DNA of 64,000 nucleotides from Oscillospiraceae bacterium (GTDB lineage: Bacteria > Bacillota > Clostridia > Oscillospirales > CAG-272): the NCBI GenBank assembly GCA_015065005.1, contig SVRE01000004.1:1922-65921 (forward strand), in the 5' to 3' direction. Position 1 is the stretch's first letter. Each line of letters starts with the position of its first letter. The translations under genes and the position numbers were made by a program. The notes under the pieces are model-generated. The model saw only the letters and a program-made list of their open reading frames with translations, ran no database searches and was not told the origin of the DNA. This document shows, piece after piece, positions 22,501-30,100 of this stretch.

Positions 22501-22974
22501 ATTTCCAGAGTTGTTAAGAAGACTAAAAATGATGAAAATATGGCATTTGTAAAAATTTCAGATTCTTTTGGCGAAATTGAGCTTATTGTTTTCCCTAAAA
22601 TGTTTGAAAAATATTCTGCATATTTAACAGTCGATAATGTAATTTATGTTGAAGGCCAGCTTTCGCAAAAGGATGAGGAAGCTTCCAAAATTATACTGAA
22701 TAATTGTCAAAGCGTTCTATCAAACAGTGAGTTTGAAAATGCAAAAAAAGCAGCCTCCAAGCTTTACTTGAAGGTAAAAAGTGTTAAAGAGCCAATAGTT
22801 AATGAAATTATTGCTCTTTTGCAGGAGTATTCAGGTGACACAGAAATTATCTTTTATGATGAAGCTGCAAAAAAATATGTAAGGGCATCTAACCTAACTA
22901 TAACAGCAAGTGATGATGTTATTTTTGCTTTAAAAGCAATTTTAGGTGAAGATGCGGTTGTCTTAAAACGTTAA
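19516..22974 (+). CDS. dnaE: DNA polymerase III alpha subunit
   Basis: 1152 aa with an N-terminal PHP domain (FVHLHLHSEYSLLDG), PDIDTDF polymerase core and a C-terminal OB fold. Confidence 0.97.
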   Translation: MSNFVHLHLHSEYSLLDGACRIKDIPKAVKGLGQKAVAITDHGNMFGAVEFYKACKEEGIKPIIGCEVYLAPGSRFEKARVNNLPYYHLVLLVKNEIGYKNLSFLVSCGYTEGFYVKPRIDLEVLREHSQGLIALSACLAGFIPSAIMAGDIYGAKKHIYQMQEIFGRDNFFLELQNHGIDEQLDVNEAILTLSKETNAPLVCTNDVHYLQKEDAYLQTVLMAVQMNTTIEKKNSSMFPTNEFYLKSEDEMLEAFGGIKEAIENTWKIAERCNFDFEFGVTKLPKFILPEGVSSKEYLSKLAYCGFEKRISDGKIVFTDEHTEEEYRERIEYELSVINTMGYNDYFLIVWDFINYAKSVDIPVGPGRGSGAGSLVAFLLGITDVDSIKFDLLFERFLNIERVSMPDIDTDFCYERRDEVIDYVKRKYGDDHVAQIVTFGTMAAKAAIKDVGRVLEVPYNDVDLISKLIPKRLNVTLKDALEEVQEIRTLYNNDNKIKKLFDTAMALEGMPRHASTHAAGVVITDKPIVDYLPLATNGGVAVTQYDMDTVAKLGLLKFDFLALRYLTIISDTEKIIRKKQPGFNIETVPLDDKKTFKFISSGKTDGVFQLESAGMKQVLTKLQPESIDDIIATIALYRPGPMDSIPNYIERRHDKSKIIYKTPLLEPILRSTYGCIVYQEQVMQIFSKVGGYSYGRADIVRRAMSKKKVDELIKEKEIFIKGATDNGVEECVAVELFNEMESFAKYAFNKSHAAAYAFISYRTAYLKANYPNEYYASLITSVLGSTEKMTDYIDECGKVGIRVLPPDINFSDVTFSVENNNIRFGLLALKNVGRSFITSIVEERIQNGRYESFDDFVYRLKDTDINKRQVEALIKAGAFDSLGKYRSQLYRVYETAIDGAHSISKTTANGQLDITQLMTGEEIAGTIPKIDYPDLPEFSMKDLLLFEREVLGLCFSGHILDSYDKHLAVLKPMEINSILSSDTLRDRSNVSIAGLVISRVVKKTKNDENMAFVKISDSFGEIELIVFPKMFEKYSAYLTVDNVIYVEGQLSQKDEEASKIILNNCQSVLSNSEFENAKKAASKLYLKVKSVKEPIVNEIIALLQEYSGDTEIIFYDEAAKKYVRASNLTITASDDVIFALKAILGEDAVVLKR

Positions 22975-23348
22975 TAATAGCTTGAAATTATGTCATTAAG
23001 CTCTTGTTCTGAGGAAACGGTGATTCCTTGGGACAAGAGCTTTTTGTCCTCTTCCGGCAATGTAAACACAAAGATATCAAGTTCATATTGAAAATCATTA
23101 TTTTTATAAACAGCAAGCTTGCCGTTGTATTCTTTTATCAAATATAATTCGTTTTTCTCTTCGTTTTTGATTTCGTTGAATGTAGGGGATTCATTGCTGA
23201 TTTTTAAAGGATGCATTTGATTTATTTTACTATTTAGCAGTAAATATGAGCAAATAAACAGCATCATTGTTATGATCAATAGAAAAATTATTGAAATTGC
23301 AAATTGAATTTTACTAACGTATCCGTATTTTTCATTTTCTTGTTCCAT
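22971..23348 (-). CDS. Hypothetical membrane-anchored protein
   Basis: 125 aa with a single N-terminal TM segment. Its stop overlaps the dnaE stop by 4 nt (convergent). AGGAG-like RBS (GGAGC) lies upstream. Confidence 0.55.
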   Translation of the reverse strand: MEQENEKYGYVSKIQFAISIIFLLIITMMLFICSYLLLNSKINQMHPLKISNESPTFNEIKNEEKNELYLIKEYNGKLAVYKNNDFQYELDIFVFTLPEEDKKLLSQGITVSSEQELNDIISSYY

Positions 23349-23404
23349 ATTTTAAGCTCCTTAAATTCGCATATGAAATAGTATTATGTAAATAATAATT
23401 TTGT

Positions 23405-25648
23405 ATGCGAAAAGAGGTGAATTTTTTGAAAAAAATTAAAAAATCTACCGCAAAGCACATAGTAATTTATTCAATACTGGCAATTTTGATTCTAACAGTA
23501 ATACTTGCCATAGTATTGTATGCTAAAATCGACAAAAGAATTGATATTGCTTTAATAAAAAAGGGAAGTTCAACTGTTACTAAGGTGTTTTATTTTGATT
23601 ATCAAGATAGGAGTGAACGGGTAGGTGATCCCGTAGAGTTAAAGGAAGAAGCTATTTTCTCCAAGAACAGTGAATGGAAATCAATTTATGATATTCCTCA
23701 AAATTTAAAAAATGCCTTTATTGCTATAGAAGACAAAAGATTTTATGAGCATAATGGTGTTGATTGGATGCGGACAGGTAAAGCATTTTTAAATTATCTG
23801 TTCAAGTTTGATAAAAGCGGATATGGCGGTTCAACAATTACACAACAGTTGATAAAAAACATAACAGGTGAAAATGATTTTTCACCCAAAAGAAAAATTG
23901 AAGAGATATTCAGGGCAATAAATTTGGAAAAAAGCTTAGGGAAAAATGAAATTTTAGAGGCATATTTAAATGTAGTTTATATGTCACAAAACTGTTACGG
24001 TGTAGGTGCAGCATCAAAGCTATATTTCAATAAAGAATTAGATGCTTTAACCCTTGGCGAATGTGCTACTCTTGCTTCGATAGTACAAAATCCTTCTAAG
24101 TTCGACCCATATTTGAATTTACAAAATAATGTTAAAAGAAGAAATCTTGTCTTAAAAGAAATGCTATCACAAAACTTAATCACAGAGAATGAATATAAAA
24201 AAGCGAAATCTGAAAAGTTAAGTATTAGCTCTAATGTTGAAAACAATAGAACAAGCGGTATATATTCCTGGTATACTGAAGCATTAATAAATGAAATATG
24301 TAATGATTTGTCGCAAAAATACAATTTAAATGTATCAGCTGCCCGCAACTTGATTTTAAAAGGCGGATACAATATTTATAGTGTAATTGATCCAAATTTG
24401 CAAAGCTATGTTGAAAAGGTGTACGAAAATTACAAAGCATATATTGACAATCAAAACGGGACATATCCTGAGTCGAGCTGTGTAATAATTGATCCATATA
24501 CATCGGACATTTTAGCGATCGCAGGAGGAGTGGGAAAAAAGACAGGCAACCTGATTTTCAACAGAGCAATAGATGCAAAAAGGCCTATCGGTTCTGTCAT
24601 TAAACCGTTATCTGTTTATCTTCCCGGGCTTGAAGAGGGAATAATAAATTATTCTACCGTCTATGATGATACTCCTTTGCAACTGTCAAATAATGAATAT
24701 TGGCCCAAAAATTCGCCTAATATTTATCATGGCTTAATGCCTGTTTCTTATGCAATATCACATTCTGTAAATACTGTTGCAGTAAAAGCTTTGCGAGATT
24801 TGGGCAACAATAAATCAATTGAATATTTAAAGCGATTTGGTATCAATGTTGATAAAAATGCAGATGAAAATGAGTCTTCTTTGGCATTAGGACAATTGAC
24901 AAGCGGTGAAAGTTTATTAAATGTAACCAACGCGTTTACCATGTTGGTAAATGGTGGTAATATATCTAACCCAAAAACTTATTTATACGTGACGGATAGC
25001 CTGGGTAACAAAATTTTGGAAAAAAATAATCAAACTAATAATGTAATCTCAGCGCAAAATGCCTTTATTATGACTAAAATGTTATGTAATGTCGTTAATG
25101 AAGGCACGGCATCTTTTATAGGGCTGAAAAATAAAATTTCCACTGCAGGAAAAACCGGAACAACAAGTAATAATGAAGATAAATGGTTTGTGGGATACAC
25201 ACCTTATTATGTTTGCGGAGTATGGACAGGATATGATATACCAAAGCCTATGTATTATGCAAAAAATCCCTCATGTGTTTTGTTTGATGTAATTATGGAT
25301 TATGCACACAAGGATTTAGATTTAAGCAAAGAATTTGAAGAGCCAATAGGTATAATTAAAAGGGAGTTTTGTTTCGATTCAGGCTTGTGTCCAACAAATA
25401 GCTGCGAAAACGATTTAAGAGGTAGCAGAGTAATGGTTGGCTATTACAAGTTTGGAAATGCCCCCAAAGATAAGTGCCATTTACACAAGCTGGTCGAAAT
25501 TAATATAGAAAACGGATTAATTTCAGATAAATATGTACCTTTTTGGAAGAAAAGAAGAGTTTCTCTTTTAGAATATAATAGAAAAGTACAAGATGGGATA
25601 ATTGTTGCAGATGATGAGTTTTTAATTAAAAACAGAAAGAAGAATTAA
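23405..25648 (+). CDS. Class A penicillin-binding protein (glycosyltransferase + transpeptidase)
   Basis: EDKRFYEHNGVD, GGSTITQQL and RKIEE (GT51). SVIKP (SxxK), SHSVN (SxN) and KTGTT (KTG). The true start may be TTG 23426, which follows GAGGTG. Confidence 0.93.
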   Translation: MRKEVNFLKKIKKSTAKHIVIYSILAILILTVILAIVLYAKIDKRIDIALIKKGSSTVTKVFYFDYQDRSERVGDPVELKEEAIFSKNSEWKSIYDIPQNLKNAFIAIEDKRFYEHNGVDWMRTGKAFLNYLFKFDKSGYGGSTITQQLIKNITGENDFSPKRKIEEIFRAINLEKSLGKNEILEAYLNVVYMSQNCYGVGAASKLYFNKELDALTLGECATLASIVQNPSKFDPYLNLQNNVKRRNLVLKEMLSQNLITENEYKKAKSEKLSISSNVENNRTSGIYSWYTEALINEICNDLSQKYNLNVSAARNLILKGGYNIYSVIDPNLQSYVEKVYENYKAYIDNQNGTYPESSCVIIDPYTSDILAIAGGVGKKTGNLIFNRAIDAKRPIGSVIKPLSVYLPGLEEGIINYSTVYDDTPLQLSNNEYWPKNSPNIYHGLMPVSYAISHSVNTVAVKALRDLGNNKSIEYLKRFGINVDKNADENESSLALGQLTSGESLLNVTNAFTMLVNGGNISNPKTYLYVTDSLGNKILEKNNQTNNVISAQNAFIMTKMLCNVVNEGTASFIGLKNKISTAGKTGTTSNNEDKWFVGYTPYYVCGVWTGYDIPKPMYYAKNPSCVLFDVIMDYAHKDLDLSKEFEEPIGIIKREFCFDSGLCPTNSCENDLRGSRVMVGYYKFGNAPKDKCHLHKLVEINIENGLISDKYVPFWKKRRVSLLEYNRKVQDGIIVADDEFLIKNRKKN

Positions 25649-25652
25649 ATAT

Positions 25653-25689
25653 AAAATCACCTCATATATTATTGTGAGGTGATTTTTTG
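25653..25689 (+). terminator. Intrinsic terminator after the PBP gene. Its 3' arm carries the SD, and its T tract holds the TTG start of the next gene.
   Basis: AAAATCACCTCA-10 nt-TGAGGTGATTTT followed by TTG (25687). Confidence 0.7.
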
Positions 25690-26217
25690 AAATTTGTCAG
25701 AAGAATAAACATATTTTTTGATCGTATTGAACACGACATTCGATTGTTTGCAATTAAGCCTTCAATAATATTGAGCTGTTTTAGTTTATTTTTAGGGATA
25801 TTGAGTTGGGTAATCGGTGGAAGAGCAGATAGGGTTATGCTTATTTATATTTTCCCAAGAAGCGCAATTTCCTTGGAAATTATGTATTTTTTATGGGCTC
25901 TATCCTTTGCTTTTATTGGATTAATAGTAGGCGGAGTAATTTTTGGCTGTGAAAAATACAAAAAACGAGAAGCAGGGAAAATAGTTGTGTTTTTAATTTT
26001 AACATTACTATTTATGCTTTGTGTACATCCTACCTTTTTTAAATCGTTGTCACCGTTTTTTGCTTTTGTTTTTCTATTATTAGCTGGATTTTTTTGCTTG
26101 CTTGCAATATTTGCGTCTATAAGGATATATTCATTATGGACAATTTGCTTGACTATGCACTTATTCTGGCTTTTGTATAACGGATTTCTTGCATTAACAA
26201 TTACTTTGATTAATTAA
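25687..26217 (+). CDS. Hypothetical polytopic membrane protein
   Basis: 176 aa with about 5 TM segments. TTG start with GAGGTG 5 nt upstream. Confidence 0.5.
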   Translation: MKFVRRINIFFDRIEHDIRLFAIKPSIILSCFSLFLGILSWVIGGRADRVMLIYIFPRSAISLEIMYFLWALSFAFIGLIVGGVIFGCEKYKKREAGKIVVFLILTLLFMLCVHPTFFKSLSPFFAFVFLLLAGFFCLLAIFASIRIYSLWTICLTMHLFWLLYNGFLALTITLIN

Positions 26218-26228
26218 AAGAGGTACAT

Positions 26229-27377
26229 ATGAAAATTAGATTAATTGCTTTTACATTAGTTTTAATGATTATGCTTGGAACAATTAACTGTTCATTTGCT
26301 TTGTCCATTAAGGATACCAGTTTGGACATAAATGTTAAAAGTGCTGTGTTGATGGATGCAAACACCGGCACAGTATTATATTCGAAAAATATGGATGAAA
26401 GCTTGCCACCTGCATCTGTAACAAAGATAATGACATTGCTTTTGGTCTTTGAAGCAATTGAAAAACAAGCTTTAAAATTCAGTGATGTTTTGACAGTGAG
26501 CGAAAATGCATCCTCTATGGGCGGTTCCCAGGTTTTTTTAGAGCCCGGAGAAACCATGAGTGTTGATGAACTGATAAAATGTGTTGCTGTTGCTTCTGCC
26601 AATGATGCAGCGCTTACGCTTGCAGAGCATGTTGGTGGAAGTGAAGAAGCATTTGTTGATCTTATGAATAAAAAAGCTCAGGACTTAGGTATGAAAAACA
26701 CGCATTTTGAAAATGTTACGGGCCTTGATGATGATGTAAGTAATCATGTAACAAGTGCTTATGATATTGCTTTAATGTCAAGAGAGCTGTTAAAGCATGA
26801 GAAAATAACGGAATATACAACGATATGGATGGATACAATCAGAAACGGCGAATTTGGACTATCCAATACAAACAGACTTGTTAAATTCTATAAAGGAATT
26901 ACAGGCTTAAAAACGGGATATACCAAAACGGCTGGGTTTTGCGTAAGTGCCAGTGCAAAGCGTAATGATTTGCACTTGATAGCTGTTGTAATGGGTGCTC
27001 CAACATCAAACGATAGAAATGCAGCCGCTTGCAAGCTTTTAGACTATGGTTTTGCAAATTATTCAATATATGAAGATGAAAAGCAGGAGTGCGGTAAGAT
27101 AAAACTCATAAAAGGAGAACGCGATAATGTGTTGATAGGCTATAACAAATTTTGTTTGCTTGAAAATCTTGGAAACGAAAGATTGATTAAAAAAGAAATA
27201 ATTTTGAACGAAAACATTTCCGCTCCAATCAATGAGGGTGATGTAGTTGGCAAAATTGAGTACAAAATAGACGGTAAAATTGTGGGAGAAAACCAAATAA
27301 TTTCCTTAGAAAGTGTTAAAAGTATTACTTTCATAGAATATTTAGAAAAACTCGTAAAAAAATTCTTTTTAATTTAA
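26229..27377 (+). CDS. D-alanyl-D-alanine carboxypeptidase (serine type, PBP5/DacF-like)
   Basis: Signal peptide, SVTKIMT (SxxK), SANDA (SxN) and KTGYT (KTG). Confidence 0.92.
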   Translation: MKIRLIAFTLVLMIMLGTINCSFALSIKDTSLDINVKSAVLMDANTGTVLYSKNMDESLPPASVTKIMTLLLVFEAIEKQALKFSDVLTVSENASSMGGSQVFLEPGETMSVDELIKCVAVASANDAALTLAEHVGGSEEAFVDLMNKKAQDLGMKNTHFENVTGLDDDVSNHVTSAYDIALMSRELLKHEKITEYTTIWMDTIRNGEFGLSNTNRLVKFYKGITGLKTGYTKTAGFCVSASAKRNDLHLIAVVMGAPTSNDRNAAACKLLDYGFANYSIYEDEKQECGKIKLIKGERDNVLIGYNKFCLLENLGNERLIKKEIILNENISAPINEGDVVGKIEYKIDGKIVGENQIISLESVKSITFIEYLEKLVKKFFLI

Positions 27378-27456
27378 AAAATAATAAAAAAAGTGTTGAA
27401 TTTTTTCTTAACTTGTTGTAATATATATAAAGTATATATTATAGGGGTAAAAAACT

Positions 27457-28797
27457 ATGGCACTTAAATTAAATAATAAATTTATTGAAAAATTTGTAAG
27501 TAATGAAGATATAGCTAATATTTCTGCAGAAATATATGAGGCACAAAAGCTTTTGGCATCACGTACCGGCGAAGGAAATGATTTTCTCGGTTGGGTTGAC
27601 TTGCCTGTAGATTATGACAAAGAAGAATTTGAAAGGATCAAGAAGGCTGCAAAGAAAATTCAAAGTAGTTGTGATGTTTTCATTGTTATTGGTATTGGCG
27701 GATCATATCTTGGCGCAAGAGCGGCAATTGAATTTGTTAAATCTCCTGTCTATAATAATATTCCAAACAAGGACACACCGGACATTTATTTTGCCGGTAA
27801 CTCAATAAGCGCTTCTGCCTTGAATGATCTTCTTAAGATATGTGAAGGCAAGGATGTTTGTGTGAATGTTGTATCTAAATCCGGTACAACAACTGAGCCT
27901 GCTGTTGCGTTCAGAGTATTCAGAGCTCTTTTGGAAGAAAAGTATGGCAAGGACGGAGCAAAGGAAAGAATTTTTGCTACAACAGATAAAGCAAAGGGTA
28001 CTTTGAAGAAGTTTTCTGATGAAAACAGTTATGAAACCTTTGTTGTTCCCGATGATGTTGGCGGAAGGTTTTCTGTTCTTACAGCTGTTGGTCTTTTGCC
28101 AATTGCTGTTGCAGGAATTGATATTGATTTAATGATGAAGGGTGCTCAGGACGCAAGAATTGCTTATTCCGGCTCTGACATTAATACAAACGATTGCTTA
28201 AAGTATGTTGCTATCCGTAACATTTTGTACCGTCAGGGAAAGAGTGTTGAGATTTTGGCGGCATATGAGCCTGCAGCGCAGATGCTTTGCGAATGGTGGA
28301 AGCAGTTGTATGGTGAAAGTGAAGGAAAAGATGGCAAGGGTATTTACCCAAGCTCAGTTATTTTTTCAACTGACTTACATTCATTGGGTCAATTTATTCA
28401 GGATGGTTCAAGAATTATGTTCGAAACTGTCCTTGACATAAAAAAGGCAAATGATGAGTTGTTGATTCCTTTTGATCCTAACAATGTAGATAAGTTAAAC
28501 TTCTTGTCCGGCAAGGATCTTGATTATGTTAACCATACAGCGATGCTTGGTACTTTGTTTGCTCATTCTGACGGTAACGTGCCAAATATCGTACTTGAAC
28601 TTAATGATAGAAGCGAATATTCCTTCGGATATTTGATTTATTTCTTTGAGTTGGCTTGTGCAGTATCAGGTTACACGCTGGGTGTTAATCCATTCAACCA
28701 GCCCGGAGTTGAAAGCTATAAAAAGAATATGTTCGCGCTTTTGGGTAAGGAAGGTTACGAAGAGTTGAGAGAAGAGCTCAACAAGAGAATTAAATAA
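27457..28797 (+). CDS. pgi: Glucose-6-phosphate isomerase
   Basis: 446 aa with [21 protein letters not shown] and [10 protein letters not shown] motifs. Confidence 0.95.
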   Translation: MALKLNNKFIEKFVSNEDIANISAEIYEAQKLLASRTGEGNDFLGWVDLPVDYDKEEFERIKKAAKKIQSSCDVFIVIGIGGSYLGARAAIEFVKSPVYNNIPNKDTPDIYFAGNSISASALNDLLKICEGKDVCVNVVSKSGTTTEPAVAFRVFRALLEEKYGKDGAKERIFATTDKAKGTLKKFSDENSYETFVVPDDVGGRFSVLTAVGLLPIAVAGIDIDLMMKGAQDARIAYSGSDINTNDCLKYVAIRNILYRQGKSVEILAAYEPAAQMLCEWWKQLYGESEGKDGKGIYPSSVIFSTDLHSLGQFIQDGSRIMFETVLDIKKANDELLIPFDPNNVDKLNFLSGKDLDYVNHTAMLGTLFAHSDGNVPNIVLELNDRSEYSFGYLIYFFELACAVSGYTLGVNPFNQPGVESYKKNMFALLGKEGYEELREELNKRIK

Positions 28798-28803
28798 TTA
28801 AAG

Positions 28804-28832
28804 AGGTCTGCGTTAATTTGCAGACCTTTTAT
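28804..28832 (+). terminator. Intrinsic terminator of pgi
   Basis: AGGTCTGC-gttaattt-GCAGACCT followed by TTTT. Confidence 0.8.
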
Positions 28833-28914
28833 GTTTAAACTAATTTTTTTAGGTGAATATAATTAAAAAAGTAGAAAAAAATCGAAAAATATTAGATATT
28901 TTTCACAAAACCTA

Positions 28915-28943
28915 TTGATTTTTTGATAACTGTAGTGTATAAT
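28915..28943 (+). promoter_or_regulatory. Sigma-A type promoter of the mini P-loop gene
   Basis: TTGATT, a 17-nt spacer, then TATAAT. Confidence 0.6.
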
Positions 28944-28981
28944 TAAATCAGAAAGAAAAAGATATTGTGGAGGACAACAAT

Positions 28982-29389
28982 ATGATGAAGATTATCATCG
29001 GTGTGAAAGGCACTGGCAAAACAAAAACGCTTATCGAGATGATAAATTCCGCACTGGAGACCTCAAAGGGTTCTGTAGTGTGTATCGAAAAGGGCGACAA
29101 TTTAAGATTAACACTTAATTACAATTGTAGACTTATCAATTCTGATGAGTATATGATAAATGATGCACAGTCACTATACGGATTTATAGCTGGATTGTTA
29201 GCAAGTAACCACGATATCACGGATCTCTTTATAGATGCTACATTTAGAATTTGTAACAGAGATTTGGAAGCTTTCGATAAATTTGTTGTAGAAGCTGACA
29301 GTTTAGCCGCTAAAAATGACGTTAATTTAGTTATGACGCTTTCAATGCCTGTTGAAAACGCAACAGATAACATTAAGAAGTATCTCTAA
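28982..29389 (+). CDS. Orphan mini P-loop NTPase (135 aa), function unknown
   Basis: Walker A GVKGTGKT at residues 7-14 and a candidate Walker B DLFID. GGAGG lies 8 nt before ATG 28982; the track GTG at 28967 sits inside that RBS. Confidence 0.7.
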   Translation: MMKIIIGVKGTGKTKTLIEMINSALETSKGSVVCIEKGDNLRLTLNYNCRLINSDEYMINDAQSLYGFIAGLLASNHDITDLFIDATFRICNRDLEAFDKFVVEADSLAAKNDVNLVMTLSMPVENATDNIKKYL

Positions 29390-29611
29390 TCTAAATTATA
29401 GCGGTAAGTCCTGTGTGCAACATTTTAAACTAACAAAATTTTAAGAATGTTGAGTGAGGATGGGCCAATGAACGATTTATCACGTTTTAAAAGCTGATTA
29501 CGGAAATGGTAATATACGGCACATGTTATTAATATAACAAATGGGTAAATAAAGGTCGAGAAATGTTCGAGTTCGCAGTAATCAGTTAATCTGAGATTTT
29601 AAATGTTTTTT

Positions 29612-29806
29612 GTAAACTGGGGTGTTGCTATGTTCACAAAATATCATTTGCTTGAAATCTGAGATATGAGAGGATAAACCAATGTACTAATTAATTTACT
29701 TCAAAATTAATTGAATGAGGTATTTGCTATGTTAAGTTTCTTTATTAAAGAAATTTTAGAAAAACGAGGGCAATCCAATGTATGATTTAATTTGAAATAA
29801 ATATTA
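29612..29806 (+). repeat. Two diverged tandem copies of a ~97-nt unit (29612-29710 and 29711-29806)
   Basis: Both units share TTGCTATGTT and GAAAT.T.AGA. GAGGATAAACCAATGTACTAATTAATTT aligns with GAGGGCAATCCAATGTATGATTTAATTT at 22/30 identities by hand alignment. A further partial copy lies at 29456-29485. Confidence 0.6.
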
Positions 29807-29966
29807 AGCTGAATACGAGAATACACAAGGTTAAATTAGGTGATTATCCGATGCAAAATGAAATTTACGCTAAAAAGTATTTCTTGAATAATAAGTGTTT
29901 AACTAATACCTGAGTGTTGTTCGTGTAGTTTATATAGATTGATGTACATTTTTAATTAAATATATG

Positions 29967-30000
29967 GGAATCCAACTGCGCGTGTTGGGTTCCTTTTTTT
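29967..30000 (+). terminator. Strong intrinsic terminator ending the ORF-free transcript
   Basis: GGAATCCAAC-tgcgcgt-GTTGGGTTCC (10 bp including one G-U pair) followed by 7 T. Confidence 0.85.
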
Positions 30001-30018
30001 ATAAGTTGACTTTATATG

Positions 30019-30045
30019 ACATAATTTTATTCAATGCATATGATA
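30019..30045 (+). promoter_or_regulatory. Sigma-K-like (late mother-cell) promoter candidate
   Basis: AC (30019-30020), 16 nt, then CATAtgaTA (30037-30045). This matches the B. subtilis sigma-K pattern AC-N16/17-CATAnnnTA, 55 nt upstream of the ATG. Confidence 0.4.
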
Positions 30046-30100
30046 ATAAGGAAGAAGTCTTTTTGAAGCATCTTCAAAAATAATAGGAGGTTATTACCTT

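Larger units (their letters stand above)
29390..30000 (+). ncRNA. Candidate ~600-nt non-coding or mini-ORF RNA: either a long 3' UTR of the P-loop gene or an independent transcript
   Basis: No ORF of 60 aa or more on either strand, and none over about 20 codons on + by my reading. No terminator lies between 29389 and the strong + strand terminator at 29967-30000. It contains repeated SD-spacer-start modules and ~97-nt tandem repeats. Confidence 0.45.

Noticed and set aside
29612-29806. Whether the tandem units could be a CRISPR array or coding repeats.
   Set aside because: There are only two to three diverged copies, with no identical short repeats separated by unique spacers and no cas genes. 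The reading frames are not conserved between the units.
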